Virus record (IMG/VR): IMGVR_UViG_3300031949_000063
Location: 1 to 47,936 of that record
Strand: one strand, 5' to 3'
DNA length: 47,936 nucleotides
Source: a virus
Lineage: Duplodnaviria > Caudoviricetes
Shown here piece by piece: positions 45,108 through 47,936 of this stretch. Numbering within the stretch: the first letter of the stretch is position 1; each line of letters starts with the position of its first letter. The notes under the pieces are model-generated. The model was given only the letters and a program-made list of their open reading frames with translations. It was not told the DNA's origin and made no database searches. Both the position numbers and the translations under genes were made by a program.

Positions 45108-45316
45108 CCGAGGTGCGCTGGCTATCCGGCTGGAAGCAGATCGCGCGGCATTTCCAGGTGAGCCGCCGTACGGTGATCTCCTGGGCCGATCGCCGTGGGA
45201 TGCCAGTGGTCCGCGACGGAGGCACCGTCAGCGCCGAGATATCCGCGCTCGATCGGTGGCGGAAGGAGTGCAAAACGGTGCAAAGTGGTGCAACGGAGTG
45301 CAGAGGCGCAAATTAA
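45104..45316 (+). CDS. Excisionase/MerR-like HTH protein
   Basis: LSGWKQIARHFQVSRRTVISW...GMPV...LDRW. Confidence 0.7.
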   Translation: MTEVRWLSGWKQIARHFQVSRRTVISWADRRGMPVVRDGGTVSAEISALDRWRKECKTVQSGATECRGAN

Positions 45317-45465
45317 TGTTGCACACCCCCCTTAAAATGTTGCAAATGAGATCAGGATGGAAGTGATGTCGATATACCACGGGGCACGGCCCCAACGGTA
45401 GAGCGGCGGTGAGAGCCAGGCGGGGCTGAAAGTGCTTCCCGCCGGTCAATAAGGCGCGCGGACTG

Positions 45466-45504
45466 GAAAGGCTCGGAGACGCCCTCCGGGCCTTTCGCAT
45501 TTTA
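45466..45504 (+). terminator. Terminator-like hairpin
   Basis: GAAAGGCTCGGAG/CTCCGGGCCTTTC plus GCATTTT. Confidence 0.6.
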
Positions 45505-45548
45505 ATATTTGCGTATACGATCCTCCCATTAATAAAGGGAGGTCGACC

Positions 45549-45977
45549 ATGCGCCAAAATATTGCCATGCTGGCAGCTCTCGCCGTCCTGTGCTCCGCCT
45601 GCGGAGGAGGCGACGGAGGAAGTTCTACTCAAGTCGTGACGCCCGTCGAGCAATCGCTGGTCGGGTCGTACTCCTCCACGACGTGGGATCGCGACGGTGT
45701 GACGCAGGGTGTCCTCTCTCTGGAGATGGAGATCGGGAATACACAGATCCGGATTACCGGATCAACGAATCCTGGGGATATGTTCATCCTGAGCACGGTC
45801 TGCACCTACACCGCCAGCAATGGCGGCCTGCTGGCCAGAAGCCCAGGCACGGCAGTCTACGGGTTTTCCTATCATGGTGCCGGAACGCAGTTGAGGACGT
45901 GGCATCAAGCGTTGATGTCCGACGTCACCACGACGGTCTACTGGACAAAAACGAGCGACAGCACGACGCTGCACTGA
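45549..45977 (+). CDS. Lipoprotein (moron-like)
   Basis: Lipobox-like LCSAC followed by GGG; beta-rich body; flanked by hairpin terminators. Confidence 0.75.
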   Translation: MRQNIAMLAALAVLCSACGGGDGGSSTQVVTPVEQSLVGSYSSTTWDRDGVTQGVLSLEMEIGNTQIRITGSTNPGDMFILSTVCTYTASNGGLLARSPGTAVYGFSYHGAGTQLRTWHQALMSDVTTTVYWTKTSDSTTLH

Positions 45978-46002
45978 CCGTACGGCAGCATCCGATATAC
46001 CG

Positions 46003-46040
46003 AAAGCCTCGGCCCGAAAGGTCCGGGGCTTTTCTATTTC
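46003..46040 (+). terminator. Intrinsic terminator
   Basis: AAAGCCTCGG...CCGGGGCTTT followed by a T-rich tail. Confidence 0.65.
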
Positions 46041-46056
46041 CCCACCAGGAGCCGAG

Positions 46057-46266
46057 ATGGCCGTCGCGATCCCCGCCGGGCTGGCCTGGAGGAAGTGTCG
46101 CAGGCTCGACCGTGAGATGGCGTGCCTACGAATCCGGATCTCCCCGGCGCACGGCAGAGAGCGGACGATCCGGAAGTGTGATGCCTGCCCGGTGGGCACG
46201 AGCCGAGCGAGATGCCTGGCGATGCACGCGCGGCGCGTGGACGCGCTGATCCTGGGGGCGGCATGA
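46057..46266 (+). CDS. Small Cys-rich protein
   Basis: RBS AGGAG; overlaps the next start (ATGA). Confidence 0.45.
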   Translation: MAVAIPAGLAWRKCRRLDREMACLRIRISPAHGRERTIRKCDACPVGTSRARCLAMHARRVDALILGAA

Positions 46267-46991
46267 TTCAGCTCGAAGTAAAGGGGCTCGATACCACCCT
46301 CCGCTATCTCGGGGCGGATCTGCCAAAGCAAGCCCGGTACGCAACAATGCTCGCGCTTACGAGGACCGCCTCGAAAGTGCGCGATCGGCAATACTCCGAA
46401 ATGCATCGGGTATTCGACAGGCCCACCCCGTACACGCTGAGGGCAATACGAGTCAAGCCTGCGACGAAGAGCGACCTGTCGGCCTGGGTGGGGTTTAAGA
46501 GGCCATGGGCGGCAAGGGCGGAAGAGTACATGCCCTCCCAGGTTGAGGGAGGCAGGCGCCCACTGAAGGCGCTTGAGTTGTTTATCCAATCTCGAGTCAC
46601 AACGATGAGCCCGCAAGGTAAGCGTGGGGTATATCCAAAGGGGACATACTTCGTTCCAGGGCGAGGAGCGAGACTGGACGCCTACGGGAATATGTCACGA
46701 GGGCAGGTTCAACAGATCCTATCCGCTCTCCAAGCACACACCGACCAAAAGCAGAACGAAACGGCCAGATCAAGGAAGCGAGCCAAAAGGACTGTCAGTT
46801 ATTGGGCTACACAAAGGGGCATTTGGGAGATCAAAGGTCAGAGCATGTTGATGGCGTTGGTGGCGGTTAAAGGAACGCCACTATATAGCAAGCGATATCC
46901 GTTTTATGAAGTATCGCAGCGGTTCGTAAGCGAGATATGGCCGGGAGAGTTCGAAAGGGCGTTCGCCGAGGCGCTGGCGACGGCGAGATAG
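46263..46991 (+). CDS. Tail completion protein (gpZ-like), displaced upstream of terminase
   Basis: A...ALTRTA, FDRPTP.T, Q..GG.R..K and LDAYGN motifs. Confidence 0.65.
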   Translation: MIQLEVKGLDTTLRYLGADLPKQARYATMLALTRTASKVRDRQYSEMHRVFDRPTPYTLRAIRVKPATKSDLSAWVGFKRPWAARAEEYMPSQVEGGRRPLKALELFIQSRVTTMSPQGKRGVYPKGTYFVPGRGARLDAYGNMSRGQVQQILSALQAHTDQKQNETARSRKRAKRTVSYWATQRGIWEIKGQSMLMALVAVKGTPLYSKRYPFYEVSQRFVSEIWPGEFERAFAEALATAR

Positions 46992-47088
46992 AAAGAAGCA
47001 GGGTAGGCCCGGCAAGGGGTAGCTCCCCGCCCGACTCGTCATCGGGCAGCCGGGCCTTTCAGCGACGAACCTCGGGACGGGAGGGGAG

Positions 47089-47874
47089 ATGGCAAGAGGT
47101 AGAGATCCAGAGAAGCGGAAGGCGTCGCAACGCGCGTTTTACGAAAGAAACAAAGAAAGACTTAAAGCGAAAGAACGGGCGAAGTGGCGAGTTGATGTAG
47201 AGCACAGTAGAAAGCGTATTAATGAAAGGATGGTGAAAAGGCGGGCAACGGAAGAAGGGAAAAAAGAAAGACAGGAGATCAGGAAAAGGGCGGCAGAAAG
47301 GAAGGGGAAAGGGTACCGAACTTCAAAAGAAAGAAGCGAACTCAAGGCGGCGCGGGAAACAGAGAAGGCTCGGCGCAGTGAAGAATGGGCGCAGCACGAG
47401 AATAAATGGATCGTGAGGTTAAAGAAAGAATTACCGGATCTTCATGACCCATCGCTCAGTATTAGTACTTTGGTTTATCGTGCCCGATATAACCTTGACG
47501 ATATATTTAAGGCGCGAGAGATCGCGCGGGCGGCGAAATCAGACAGCAAGGCGACCCTGCTTGACGACGGGTCGCTGACGCCTGAAATTATGCGCTTACT
47601 CTTTACTCGTAAGGATTGCCCATACTGCGGGAGGCGCATGGCATCTCAGGATAAAACACTGGACCACATTATACCGCGATGGCGCGGAGGTTGGCATTCA
47701 AAGAGGAACGCCATCGTTTGCTGTTACTCCTGCAACAGCAAGAAGCGGGCAAAGACGCCAGAGCAATGGCTCGAATGTATTGATAAATCAAGGCAAGTCC
47801 ATGTAAGGCGGGCATGGCAGAGCGCAGGGGCGGGAGAGGCGGCACAGGGTTGGCTTATAGTATCAAATGGATAA
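47089..47874 (+). CDS. HNH endonuclease next to cos (possible terminase-associated)
   Basis: CPYCG...TLDHIIP..RGG.H...N...CC..CNSKK. Confidence 0.88.
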   Translation: MARGRDPEKRKASQRAFYERNKERLKAKERAKWRVDVEHSRKRINERMVKRRATEEGKKERQEIRKRAAERKGKGYRTSKERSELKAARETEKARRSEEWAQHENKWIVRLKKELPDLHDPSLSISTLVYRARYNLDDIFKAREIARAAKSDSKATLLDDGSLTPEIMRLLFTRKDCPYCGRRMASQDKTLDHIIPRWRGGWHSKRNAIVCCYSCNSKKRAKTPEQWLECIDKSRQVHVRRAWQSAGAGEAAQGWLIVSNG

Positions 47875-47883
47875 TCATAATAA

Positions 47884-47936
47884 TATCAAGCACTTGGGGT
47901 CCTCCTGGCAGTTTTTCGGATCAGGTATATTCGAAC
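47884..47936 (+). other. Putative cos region (IHF site plus cosQ-like heptamer)
   Basis: TATCAAGCACTTG matches WATCAANNNNTTR; GGGTCCT (47897-47903) is identical to lambda cosQ; lies between the HNH gene and the terminase operon on circularisation. Confidence 0.6.

Larger units (their letters stand above)
1..47936. mobile_element. Temperate lambda-like siphovirus genome, apparently complete and linearised near cos
   Basis: Packaging, head, tail, lysis, integrase, recombination and replication modules are all present with no host genes. An HNH gene and cosQ-like motif at the right end lead into the terminase genes at the left end. Confidence 0.93.

Noticed and set aside
45380-45450. Canonical tRNA gene
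   Set aside because: A D-loop-like segment is present, but there is no T-psi-C arm or matching acceptor stem.
1-47936. CRISPR array, rRNA or stop-codon recoding
   Set aside because: No repeat-spacer arrays or rRNA were seen; core genes are intact under the standard code, and the tail splits change frame, so read-through would not join them.

Overview
The window appears to be a complete, circularly closed ~48 kb genome of a GC-rich temperate siphovirus with a lambda-like layout. A cos-like region spans the window ends. The + strand carries Nu1/GpA terminase, a lambda-type portal, a fused prohead protease-major capsid gene, tail genes with a -1 frameshifted chaperone, tape measure, tail tip and fibre genes, and a GH108 lysis module. 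An attP-like region and a tyrosine integrase follow. A leftward early operon carries YqaJ, RecT-like and SMC-like ATPase genes. A rightward operon carries a Cro-like protein, two DNA methyltransferases, a replication initiator with iterons and a RuvC-like gene. The most unusual features are: (1) a complete HNH endonuclease gene written in the +1 frame inside an uninterrupted DNA methyltransferase ORF; (2) an adjacent C5 methyltransferase that is also dual-coded; (3) no recognisable CI repressor, its place being taken by two HNH genes interleaved with about 0.6 kb of strongly structured RNA, including tandem ACCA-ended tRNA-like units; (4) a fibre-region protein built from about 23 near-exact 20-aa repeats; (5) a tail-tip protein split into three ORFs around an inserted NHL module. 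All calls come from reading motifs by eye; no database searches were run.
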